Shown here in pieces: positions 55,914 through 64,000 of a DNA stretch of 64,000 bases. This stretch comes from Gemmatimonadaceae bacterium (GTDB lineage Bacteria > Gemmatimonadota > Gemmatimonadetes > Gemmatimonadales > Gemmatimonadaceae). The stretch spans positions 1,516,220 to 1,580,219 of the forward strand of contig JBJMOW010000005.1 of NCBI GenBank assembly GCA_045803545.1, written 5' to 3'. The notes beneath the pieces were generated by a model. The model saw nothing but the letters and a program-made list of their open reading frames with translations, did not search any database and was not told where the DNA came from. The translations under genes were made by a program, and so were the position numbers. Position 1 is the stretch's first letter; every line of letters starts with the position of its first letter.

Positions 55914-58217
55914 CTAAAAACGCAGCCCGACGCCGAAGGAGATGGAGCGCGGCATCATCCCGAGAGTGCGCGTGCCGGCCCCCGACGGATCCTCGACCAG
56001 ACCGGCAGCGTTACGCCTGGCCAGCAGGTTGTCGACGTTGAGATACGCCGAGCTCCGCAGCGATCCGAAGGTGAATTTGTGGCGGATGCCGACGTCGACG
56101 CGCACGTACGGCTCGAGGCGGCCAGCCCCCAGCGTTGATGGAGAGTACTCGGGGCTGCCACTTACTTCCCGCTGCGAGGCCAGCACGTCCTGCCACTCGA
56201 AGGCAACACCTCCCAACAGCGGCGACGTTGAGCGCAATGCCGACATGAATCCGGAAGCGCGGAACAACGTGTTGTCGCCCAGCTGGTAACCCGCCGCAAT
56301 TAACGCAGCGTGACTGGGCGCGAAGGTCGGTCGATACGAGCGCTCCCCTGCCCACTCACGGGACACGATCGACATCGAGTAGGTGCCCTGCAGATTGAGC
56401 CGGCCCAGTTGCTCGCGCGCGTTGAGTGCGGTGCCGTATGCTGTGCCGTGACCGGATGTGAATGCAGTGGCCGCGAACGGGTCACCGCCCGCCGCACCGG
56501 CGAGAATCAGCGCGTCGAACGTGCGGAGGTAGGTGCTCGCTGTGATAAGCGCCGACGATCCGACCGGAATCATGAGCTGCAGGGAGCCTGACGTCGATGT
56601 CGCAATCGGAACTCCGGCGCTCCCCGCAATTACCGGCGCCTCGAGAGCGGCCATCGCATCGACGATTGACTCGTCGTTGTAGAGCGACTGGGTGTATTGA
56701 TGCGTGCGCGCGAACGCGCCGGAAAGGCTCACACCCCTGAATAGCGACACACCGAACGCCGCTCTCGGCTCCATCAACAGACTGCTCTGGCCGACTACCG
56801 CGATCCGCTCGCCGAGCGTCGCAGTGAATCGCCCCAGCTCTCGTGAATGTTCGATGAACGCCGACACAACCCCCAGGTGAGAGTGGATGCCCAGGAAGGA
56901 CATTGCATCTGCCTGCGCCGTGTCGGCGACGGAGTACCCGCCGCGGAGTTGTTCGAACGAACCGCCGATGGTGGTGACGGCGCCGACTTCGCCCCACGAT
57001 GCGCTGGCGGCAGCGGCAGTCTGAGTGAACTGATTGGCCATGCGCATCTCACTTTCCGATGCTGGAATCCAGTCGACCCCGACTGAAGTTCCTGACTGCC
57101 AGACGCGTGCATCTACCGAGAATCCGCCGTCCGCTGCGCGCCTCTGCCAGGTCAACCCGCGCGCATCGCTTGTCCAGCCGAATCGGTTCCCCCTCCCGGA
57201 GGGAAGATCCGCGGCAGCATCAAAGCTGATCGCGTCGCTCGACGAGATGAACAGTCCAGTCAGAGATCCACCGCCGAATGGAACCGACGCTGTGGCGAAG
57301 ACATCGGTGGGGCGTAGCGTCACGGGCTCGCGCTCGTCGCGCTCCAGTGGTCTGGCATAGTTCCGGCGCGCGCCGATCAGCGCTGAGCCACCAGTGAACT
57401 GCAGCGCGGTGAGCGCGCGGATTCCGGTCGGCCAGATGGATGTCGTGACGTGCTCGGAGTCAGGAAGCGCTCTGCGCGTGTTGACCTCGACGACGCCGCC
57501 CAGTCTGTCGCCAGTACGAGCCGGCGCCTCGCTGTAAGACGTGATGTCGGCGACGGCGTCGGGATCCATCGCGCTCGGATGATCGCCAGCGTGGACCGCG
57601 TTGTAGAGTGGGATTCCGTCGACGAGCAGCAGGGTGTGGTTGGTTGCTCCGCCCTGAAGATGCAAACCGCTGCTCGATTCAGGTCCCGCAAGAGCCTGCG
57701 GCGAGGTTCCGACCGCGCGAATCACGTCGGGGAAGTCGAGGCTCGACAAGGTGCGCATGCGATTGCCGTCGAGGCGCCAAGGCTGATAAGCGCCAGTCGT
57801 CACAGGATTGTCTCGAATGCGCGGCGTCGCGTCGCTCGCCAGTACCTTGATCGTCTTCATCGTTGGGGGCGCGGGGTCGAGCGAGATGTCCAGGTGGACC
57901 GCCCCGTGCTCCGGCACGCGCACATCGAGGCTTAGCGTCACATAGCCAGCTCGAATAAAGCGAAGCGTGTAAACCCCGCCGGCCAATCCAGTTAACGAAT
58001 AGGAGCCTGAGTCGTCTGCCGTCAGTTGCCGCGGAACAGCGCCCGGTCCGGCGATGTCGATGATGACGTAGCTTATCGGCGCCAGAGCCGGAGCGATCGA
58101 AGCCAGGAAGGTCGTGTCGGCCGACGTGATCTTTCCGTAGATCGAAGCGTCATACTGCAGCGTGTCCTGCCTCGGGAGTGCAAGACCGATCGTTAGCACC
58201 AGCGGATGAAAGATCAT
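55914..58217 (-). CDS. TonB-dependent receptor with carboxypeptidase-regulatory-like N-domain
   Basis: Plug motif GG...HTL.LVDGIPLYN, C-terminal NVDNL and GLRF. Start at ATG 58217. Confidence 0.88.
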   Translation of the reverse strand: MIFHPLVLTIGLALPRQDTLQYDASIYGKITSADTTFLASIAPALAPISYVIIDIAGPGAVPRQLTADDSGSYSLTGLAGGVYTLRFIRAGYVTLSLDVRVPEHGAVHLDISLDPAPPTMKTIKVLASDATPRIRDNPVTTGAYQPWRLDGNRMRTLSSLDFPDVIRAVGTSPQALAGPESSSGLHLQGGATNHTLLLVDGIPLYNAVHAGDHPSAMDPDAVADITSYSEAPARTGDRLGGVVEVNTRRALPDSEHVTTSIWPTGIRALTALQFTGGSALIGARRNYARPLERDEREPVTLRPTDVFATASVPFGGGSLTGLFISSSDAISFDAAADLPSGRGNRFGWTSDARGLTWQRRAADGGFSVDARVWQSGTSVGVDWIPASESEMRMANQFTQTAAAASASWGEVGAVTTIGGSFEQLRGGYSVADTAQADAMSFLGIHSHLGVVSAFIEHSRELGRFTATLGERIAVVGQSSLLMEPRAAFGVSLFRGVSLSGAFARTHQYTQSLYNDESIVDAMAALEAPVIAGSAGVPIATSTSGSLQLMIPVGSSALITASTYLRTFDALILAGAAGGDPFAATAFTSGHGTAYGTALNAREQLGRLNLQGTYSMSIVSREWAGERSYRPTFAPSHAALIAAGYQLGDNTLFRASGFMSALRSTSPLLGGVAFEWQDVLASQREVSGSPEYSPSTLGAGRLEPYVRVDVGIRHKFTFGSLRSSAYLNVDNLLARRNAAGLVEDPSGAGTRTLGMMPRSISFGVGLRF

Positions 58218-58347
58218 TCTGGAAGTCGCGCCCTCTAAGTGATGCTTCCTGTCGTCCCGATTACACCAACAATGAACCGCGAGTAAACGTGGTACACCGG
58301 TACACACTGTCCTGTCACGTTCCGCGGCTTGAGGCGCTCCATCTGCC

Positions 58348-59730
58348 GTGACGGTCCCAACGCCAGCTATTCCCATAGCAAGAATCGGGTCGGAAGCGCC
58401 GGAGCTAATCATACCTTCGGCTCCGCCGCTCGTACTCGTTCGCGACTCAGCGACCGTGATTCCGCGCGCTGGTTGGATACCACTAGTTGGTAGCGCATTC
58501 GTCATTGCCACCGCATTCTTCGCCGAGCCCGCGCTCACCGACAGCATGAGTGGCAAAGTTGCCGCTGGTGCCGCGCTCAAAATCTCATTCGCGTACAAAG
58601 CGCTCGCACCACTCTGCGATACGCTCGATACGATCTCACTGTTCTCTCAACGCCAACACGCCGCCTTTCTCATTACTTACGCGCTGGCGTTTGCCCTGTG
58701 GCGCGTGCTCCGCAAGCGAACTCCCTGTTCGTTGGGTACGTCGTTGCGCTGCGAGCTGGCCACCGCCGTCAAAGGGCTACTTGTGCTGCTGGGGATCTAC
58801 CTGGTTGGCGCACTGGTGCCGCGGCCGACGGCGCGTCTCGCAATGTCATCGTCAGACGACATCGTCGTTGATTTCCATTCGCACACCCGTTACTCGTGGG
58901 ATGCTCGATCCGCGTTCTCTCCCGAGGAAAGTCGGCGCTGGCACTATGCGTCCGGATTCGACGTTGCCTACATTACCGACCACAGCACGTTCGCTGGCGC
59001 TGAGGAAGCCGCGGTCAACAATCCGGCGCGCGCTGGCGACGGCACGGTGATGCTGAGCGGCATCGAGGTCAGAGATCGTGGCAACCACCTGGTCGTACTC
59101 GGCACCGATGGCGGCGATTGGAGATCCTACACTGCCGGCGATCTTCAGGAAGCCATCTTCCAGCGAGACATCGCCGCACGATCGGTGCGTCCCGTCGTGC
59201 TGTTCACTCTGCCGGGTAATTTGAAAAGAGAGAAAGGCATGGCGATCGACGGCATCGAGCTCTCCGACGCAGCGCCGCGCGGACTGTCTCAGAGTGACGC
59301 GGAGAGCGGAACCGTTGGCCAGCTGGCGCGCGATCAGAACAAGGCACTCGTCGCGAGCTCGAACAATCATGGCTGGGCCAGCGCGTCGCCGGCGTGGAGC
59401 GTGATGCAGATCCCGAACTGGCGCGCAATGACTCCAGCCCAGCTGGACGTCGCCGTCCGCAGCGAGATTCTACGCGGCGGATTGAATGCAGTTCGAATCA
59501 TCGATCGTCGCACGCCTGGGCCTGTCGCTTTCGCCGGAGTAGCGCTCACCGTTCCCGATGCTGCCTGGCGGATGCTGACCACGATGTCGTGGCCCGAGCG
59601 CGTGTCGTGGCTGGGCTGGATCTGGTTGACATATGTCATCGCACTCGCGATCGGCAGCCTGAAGCGTTCCGATTTCCAGGCCGTCGAAGACGCGCGCGAC
59701 TGGAAGCCCGCTCCGGCGCTGATCAGCTAG
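58348..59730 (+). CDS. Membrane-anchored PHP-domain phosphoesterase-like protein
   Basis: Motifs DFHSHT.YS.D, ITDH, GIE and SSNNHG, with flanking TM helices. Start uncertain. Confidence 0.8.
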   Translation: MTVPTPAIPIARIGSEAPELIIPSAPPLVLVRDSATVIPRAGWIPLVGSAFVIATAFFAEPALTDSMSGKVAAGAALKISFAYKALAPLCDTLDTISLFSQRQHAAFLITYALAFALWRVLRKRTPCSLGTSLRCELATAVKGLLVLLGIYLVGALVPRPTARLAMSSSDDIVVDFHSHTRYSWDARSAFSPEESRRWHYASGFDVAYITDHSTFAGAEEAAVNNPARAGDGTVMLSGIEVRDRGNHLVVLGTDGGDWRSYTAGDLQEAIFQRDIAARSVRPVVLFTLPGNLKREKGMAIDGIELSDAAPRGLSQSDAESGTVGQLARDQNKALVASSNNHGWASASPAWSVMQIPNWRAMTPAQLDVAVRSEILRGGLNAVRIIDRRTPGPVAFAGVALTVPDAAWRMLTTMSWPERVSWLGWIWLTYVIALAIGSLKRSDFQAVEDARDWKPAPALIS

Positions 59731-59834
59731 TTCTCAAGGCAAGTTCCGGTCGCACTTGCGTTCGATGCCGAATGCCGGTTCATTGTGCGACGGTGTCTTC
59801 GGAATAAAAAAGAAGTGTCACGCGACTTTTCTCG

Positions 59835-60728
59835 ATGCATAGCCTGCGTCGGCTGATCATCAACGCCGACGACTTCGGCATATCGCGCAGCGTAAACGAC
59901 GGCATCTTCGAAGCCGCGTGCGCCGGCGGAATCACCTCGACATCACTGATGGTCAACCTCCCCGACTCTGCCGACGCAGTCGCGCGCGCCCGCAAGTGTA
60001 CTCGCATTTCAGTCGGGCTTCATTTCAATCTCACCGTCGGCAACGCGCTCACTGGCCCGTCTTCGCTGACCCAGGGTAAGACCGCCGAGTTTTATCCATT
60101 GTCGCGCCTCCTCGCTGCCGCAGCGCTAGGCATGGTCGACGCGAACGACGTCGAGCGCGAGTGCCTGGCGCAGATCGACCGCATGACTCGCGCTGGATTC
60201 CCGCCCACCCATCTCGACAGTCATCGCCACATTCACACTCATCCGTCGATCTACCCATCGGTACTCCGCGCAGTTCAGCAGCGCCGGATCCCGCACCTCC
60301 GGATTCCCTGCGAGCCGCTCGATGTAAACGCCGGTGCGCTCGGTGCGACGATGAAGAAGAGCTTACTCCTGCTCAGCACGCGCCGCTCACGCCGCTCGAA
60401 CATGGACGTGCGCTCTGCCGCGTCACCGGCGGACATCACCGGGTTCGTCGGTATTTCTCTACATGGTGCCTCGACTTTCGGCGATCGACTCTTCGCACTC
60501 GTTCGCGACCTGCCAACGGGCACGACGGAGTTGATGACTCACCCGGGTTACGCCGACGCCGACCTGGCGAAGCGCGATACGTATACGGTGGAGCGCGAGG
60601 TCGAGCTGAAGGTTCTATGCTCTGGCGAGTTCCACGACGTTTTGCGGCACAGCCGGGTGTCGCTAGCGAATTTCGGCGATCAGACCTCGATTGTCACCGG
60701 GGAGCACGAGCTAGCCGAGTACTGCTAG
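59835..60728 (+). CDS. ChbG/HpnK (YdjC) family deacetylase
   Basis: Motifs IINADDFG, GLHFNL, HLDSHRHIH and ELMTHPG. Confidence 0.92.
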   Translation: MHSLRRLIINADDFGISRSVNDGIFEAACAGGITSTSLMVNLPDSADAVARARKCTRISVGLHFNLTVGNALTGPSSLTQGKTAEFYPLSRLLAAAALGMVDANDVERECLAQIDRMTRAGFPPTHLDSHRHIHTHPSIYPSVLRAVQQRRIPHLRIPCEPLDVNAGALGATMKKSLLLLSTRRSRRSNMDVRSAASPADITGFVGISLHGASTFGDRLFALVRDLPTGTTELMTHPGYADADLAKRDTYTVEREVELKVLCSGEFHDVLRHSRVSLANFGDQTSIVTGEHELAEYC

Positions 60729-61444
60729 CGAGCGCGCAACGCTTTCGCGAATCCGGCTCGTCTCCGTCTCGATACAGGAATCCTCGCTCCGTTCGCCAGC
60801 ACAGCCAGCAACAACCCGTCCGCAGTCCGTCGCAGCTCCCTCACTCCGCCGATTCGCACCAGCGCCTTTCGGTGAGCGCGCACGAAGCCGTCGCCGGCAA
60901 CTTTCTTTTCCAGTGCGTCGAGCGATTCGCGCATCAGATAGCTGCGACCGTTCGACCAGACCCGCGAGTAATAATCTGCCGCCTCGATCCAGTCGATTTC
61001 GTGCAGTGGAATCACCACCGCGCCACGCGTCGTAGGCACGACGATCGATTTGTCGCGCGCGTTCGGACCATCTGACAGTCGACGTGTGAGGCGACGCATC
61101 GTAGCCGCGAAACGACTTTCGGTGACCGGCTTGAGCAGGTAGTCCTGCGCTTCGGCCTCGAACGCGCGGATCGCGAATTGATCGTAGGCGGTGAGAAACA
61201 CAACTGCGGGCATCTTTTCCGCCGATTTGCGCCGGATGACCTCGAAGCCGTCGACCTCCGGCATCTGAATGTCGAGGAAGAGCACGTCGGGTTTGAGTGA
61301 ATCCAGTGCGGCGAGGACTTCGCGCCCATCTCTGCACTCGCCGACGACGATGAACTGCGCGAACGGCGTCAGCAGCTGCCGCACGCCTCGACGCGCGGCC
61401 GGCTCGTCGTCGGCGACGAGCACTTTCCATCTAGGCGCTGACAC
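60725..61444 (-). CDS. LytTR-family response regulator
   Basis: REC domain (VADDEP, FLDIQMP, DYLLKP) plus LytTR domain (FVRAHRK, IPVSRR). Start at GTG 61444. Confidence 0.92.
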   Translation of the reverse strand: MSAPRWKVLVADDEPAARRGVRQLLTPFAQFIVVGECRDGREVLAALDSLKPDVLFLDIQMPEVDGFEVIRRKSAEKMPAVVFLTAYDQFAIRAFEAEAQDYLLKPVTESRFAATMRRLTRRLSDGPNARDKSIVVPTTRGAVVIPLHEIDWIEAADYYSRVWSNGRSYLMRESLDALEKKVAGDGFVRAHRKALVRIGGVRELRRTADGLLLAVLANGARIPVSRRRRAGFAKALRAR

Positions 61445-62537
61445 TGCCGCCTCCGGGAGTCGCGAGCTCATGGAATGGGATCCGTAAGCGCGCGATGGTG
61501 CCGCCGCCCATCGCCGAAAAAACCTCGAGGGTTGCAGCAGTGCCGTGCAGCGTGCGCAATCTTTCGCGGGTGTTGTCGAGGCCGTGTCCGTCAACATCGC
61601 CAGCACCCACTTTGATGCCCGGCCCGTCGTCTTTGACTGTGACTTCCAGGATGTCACCGTCGCGTTTCGCCGCAATCCCAATGCGACCCGCATCGGAGCG
61701 GCGCGCAATTCCGTGACGGATCGCGTTCTCGACGAGATGCTGCACCGAGAACGAGGGGACGGCCGCGAATAGGGTGTCGGCCGGGATGTCGAATACTGGA
61801 CGCAATCGATCGGAGAAGCGCGCACGCTCAACTTCGAGATACTGGCGCACCAGCTCCAGCTCGTCCTCCAGCGTCACTTCGTTCTCGTTGTTGCGACTGA
61901 GTGTCAGTCGCAGCACGTCACTGAGCTGTTCCATCACTCGGGTCGCACCATCGTTGTCGCCTTCACGCATCAGCACCGCAATAGTGTTCAGCGCATTGAA
62001 GAGAAAATGCGGATTGAGTTGCGCCTTGAGCGATGAGAGTCGCGCGGTGGTGAGCTGCTCGGATAGTCGCACCATTTGCACTTCTCTCGTGCGCGCCTCG
62101 GTGAAGTATCTGATCGCGTGCTCGACGCCGACCATCCCGAGGTAGAGTGCGCACCCGAACGGTAGCGTACCGACGAACCAACTCACCGCGAACTGCGCGA
62201 CGCCGTGTTGGAACGAATTGGGCTGAAACAACAGCTTGAGCAGAGTCCCGCCTCCTGCCCACAGCGCTGAGAAAATGATCGACAGCGCGATGTGCAGCAC
62301 GGTGCGCCCGACGAGATGCGGTCGCGTGATCGGCCAACGTCGCGCGAAGAAGAAAACCCCGGGCGTCAGCAGCGCGTAGAGCAGCCAGTCGCTGCTGTAG
62401 AAGAACGCTGCGCGCAAATTCATCGGCTCGCCGAAGATGTGCGCTTCGCCGAGCGAGGTGATGAACCCGAGCAACGCCGGGCCGAGCCAGGCGAGCGAGA
62501 CGAGCATCCACGGTTGGAGGCGGCGAGATCGTTCCAC
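61431..62537 (-). CDS. LytS/YehU-type sensor histidine kinase
   Basis: TM helices, then motifs AQLNPHFLFNALN, ENAIRHG and DDGPG. Confidence 0.93.
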   Translation of the reverse strand: MERSRRLQPWMLVSLAWLGPALLGFITSLGEAHIFGEPMNLRAAFFYSSDWLLYALLTPGVFFFARRWPITRPHLVGRTVLHIALSIIFSALWAGGGTLLKLLFQPNSFQHGVAQFAVSWFVGTLPFGCALYLGMVGVEHAIRYFTEARTREVQMVRLSEQLTTARLSSLKAQLNPHFLFNALNTIAVLMREGDNDGATRVMEQLSDVLRLTLSRNNENEVTLEDELELVRQYLEVERARFSDRLRPVFDIPADTLFAAVPSFSVQHLVENAIRHGIARRSDAGRIGIAAKRDGDILEVTVKDDGPGIKVGAGDVDGHGLDNTRERLRTLHGTAATLEVFSAMGGGTIARLRIPFHELATPGGGSVSA

Positions 62538-62666
62538 GGCCCCACGCTACCGCGAGCCGCGACGGCGCGCAATCACGCCATGGCTTCTTGACCGCTTGCG
62601 GCAGCGTCCGCGCCGTTCGCCGCTGATTGGTAGCGTTGGAGAATTGCGCGTGCGACTTTCTGCGTC

Positions 62667-63908
62667 GTGCAAACGGTCGCTGTAAAGGACGGCTTCACTC
62701 CGAGTCAATACACGCCGGAGACGTCGGCTCCGCCATCACCGACTACCCGACGCGTTTTCTCGATCGACGTCGCGCGCGGCGTCGCCATGATTCTGATGGC
62801 GATCGACCACGTGCGCGTTTACGCCGGGGTGCCGGCGGGTGGGCCACGCCCCGGCGTTTTCTTCACGCGCTGGATCACCAACTTCGTCGCGCCCGCGTTC
62901 GCGTTTCTGTCCGGCACTTCCGCTTACTTGCTCGGGCGGAAACTCGGCAGCACACGCGCTCTCTCGCGTTATCTGCTGACGCGCGGACTAGTGCTGGTCG
63001 TTCTCGAGCTGACTGTGATCCGCGTCGCATGGACCTTCAACTTCCACTTTGGGGAGTATCTCCTCGCTGGTGTGATCTGGATGCTCGGATGGTGCATGGT
63101 GCTGATGGCAGCGCTGGTCTGGCTACCGGTCGCTGCGATTGGCGCGTTTGGCGTCGCTGTCATCTTCCTGCACAACGTGATGGACATCGTCGCTCCGCCT
63201 TCCGACGGCATCACGCAGAGCGCGCTTGGCTGGCTCTGGCAGATTCTCTACTACGGCGGCCCCATCCAGCTCGGTGCGCACGGGCCGACGTTGGCGGTCT
63301 TGTACTCGATCGTTCCCTGGATCGGCGTGATGGCGGCCGGTTACGCGTTTGGAGCGATCATTACGATGGAGCCAACGAGACGCGATCGTCTGTGCGTGCT
63401 GATTGGCCTGGGTGCGATCGCCTTGTTCTTCGTTCTGCGCGCGCTCGACGTATACGGCGATCCCCGGCACTGGCACGGGACCAGTCCAACGCCAATTCCG
63501 ACGTTCTTCCGGTTCATCAACACCAGCAAGTATCCCGCGTCGTTGCAATTCCTGTTGATGACCCTGGGCCCGATGTTCCTGCTGCTGCCCTTGTTCGAAC
63601 ATGCACGCGGAAGGCTCGGCGAAATCGTGGCGACCTACGGGCGAGTGCCGATGTTCTACTATCTGCTGCACATTCCTGCTATTCATTTGGCAGCGGTGAT
63701 CGTCTCACTGTTTCGTGAAGGTCGAGTGGATGGCTGGCTGTTCGAGAATCACCCGATGATGAGCTCACCGCCGCCACCTGGCTACACGTGGTCGCTAGGC
63801 ATGCTCTACTTGGTCTTCGTGATAGTCGTCGTAGCCCTGTACTTCCCGTCTCGCTGGTATTGGCGACGGAAGTCGACCGAGCCAGCGGCCTGGATGCGGT
63901 TTGTTTGA
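62667..63908 (+). CDS. DUF1624 / heparan-alpha-glucosaminide N-acetyltransferase-like membrane protein
   Basis: Motifs SIDVARG..MILMAIDH, TRWIT, KYPASL and GRVPMFYY.LH. Confidence 0.88.
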   Translation: MQTVAVKDGFTPSQYTPETSAPPSPTTRRVFSIDVARGVAMILMAIDHVRVYAGVPAGGPRPGVFFTRWITNFVAPAFAFLSGTSAYLLGRKLGSTRALSRYLLTRGLVLVVLELTVIRVAWTFNFHFGEYLLAGVIWMLGWCMVLMAALVWLPVAAIGAFGVAVIFLHNVMDIVAPPSDGITQSALGWLWQILYYGGPIQLGAHGPTLAVLYSIVPWIGVMAAGYAFGAIITMEPTRRDRLCVLIGLGAIALFFVLRALDVYGDPRHWHGTSPTPIPTFFRFINTSKYPASLQFLLMTLGPMFLLLPLFEHARGRLGEIVATYGRVPMFYYLLHIPAIHLAAVIVSLFREGRVDGWLFENHPMMSSPPPPGYTWSLGMLYLVFVIVVVALYFPSRWYWRRKSTEPAAWMRFV

Positions 63909-64000
63909 GGGAGGCGGGAGGCGGGAGGCGGGAAGCGGGAAGCGGGAAGCGGGAAGCGGGAAGCGGGAAGCGGGAAGCGGGAAGCGGGAAGCGGGAAGCG
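63909..64000. repeat. Heptamer array GGGAGGC x3 plus GGGAAGC x10, truncated by the window end
   Basis: Starts immediately after the TGA stop. Confidence 0.95.

Noticed and set aside
58218..58598. N-terminal extension of the TonB receptor ORF
   Set aside because: It overlaps the divergent PHP gene. A signal-peptide-like start exists at 58217.
61445..61831. N-terminal extension of the LytTR regulator
   Set aside because: It lies inside the kinase gene in another frame. The REC domain starts right after GTG 61444.
63909..64000. Telomere-like chromosome end
   Set aside because: The same units occur internally (5607, 23003, 32680). The array is simply cut by the window or contig edge.

Overview
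GC-rich (~62-63% by eye) bacterial chromosomal segment. The gene families suggest a soil Gemmatimonadota-like organism (inference). Coding content is mostly ordinary: a partial beta-barrel porin and a cation:H+ antiporter; a leuCDB operon with a leader-peptide attenuator; several two-component genes (hybrid PAS kinase, CheY-like receiver, RsbRD_N kinase, GAF kinase, LytS/LytTR); BlaI-M56-HEAT and ECF sigma/anti-sigma/TonB-receptor modules; an HTH plus nucleotidyltransferase pair; a Ser/Thr kinase and a PP2C phosphatase; and many secreted hydrolases and lipoproteins. I found no rRNA, tRNA, CRISPR array, transposase, integrase or reverse transcriptase. The unusual signal is non-coding. Intergenic DNA carries repeat families built in a 7-nt register: drifting heptamer arrays, a ~130-150 bp palindromic element (3 full and 3 partial copies) and an inverted pair of ~215 bp elements. 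Two divergent four-helix-bundle (IVP/Avd-like) genes sit inside these repeats. One lies between inverted heptamer arrays. The other lies between 28-bp direct repeats that match the left arm of the palindromic element. Together this looks like a candidate repeat-associated, transposase-less mobile gene cassette system (hypothesis). Other points of interest are a candidate structured ncRNA at ~39.5-39.8 kb and three small paralogous orphan protein families tied to signalling loci.
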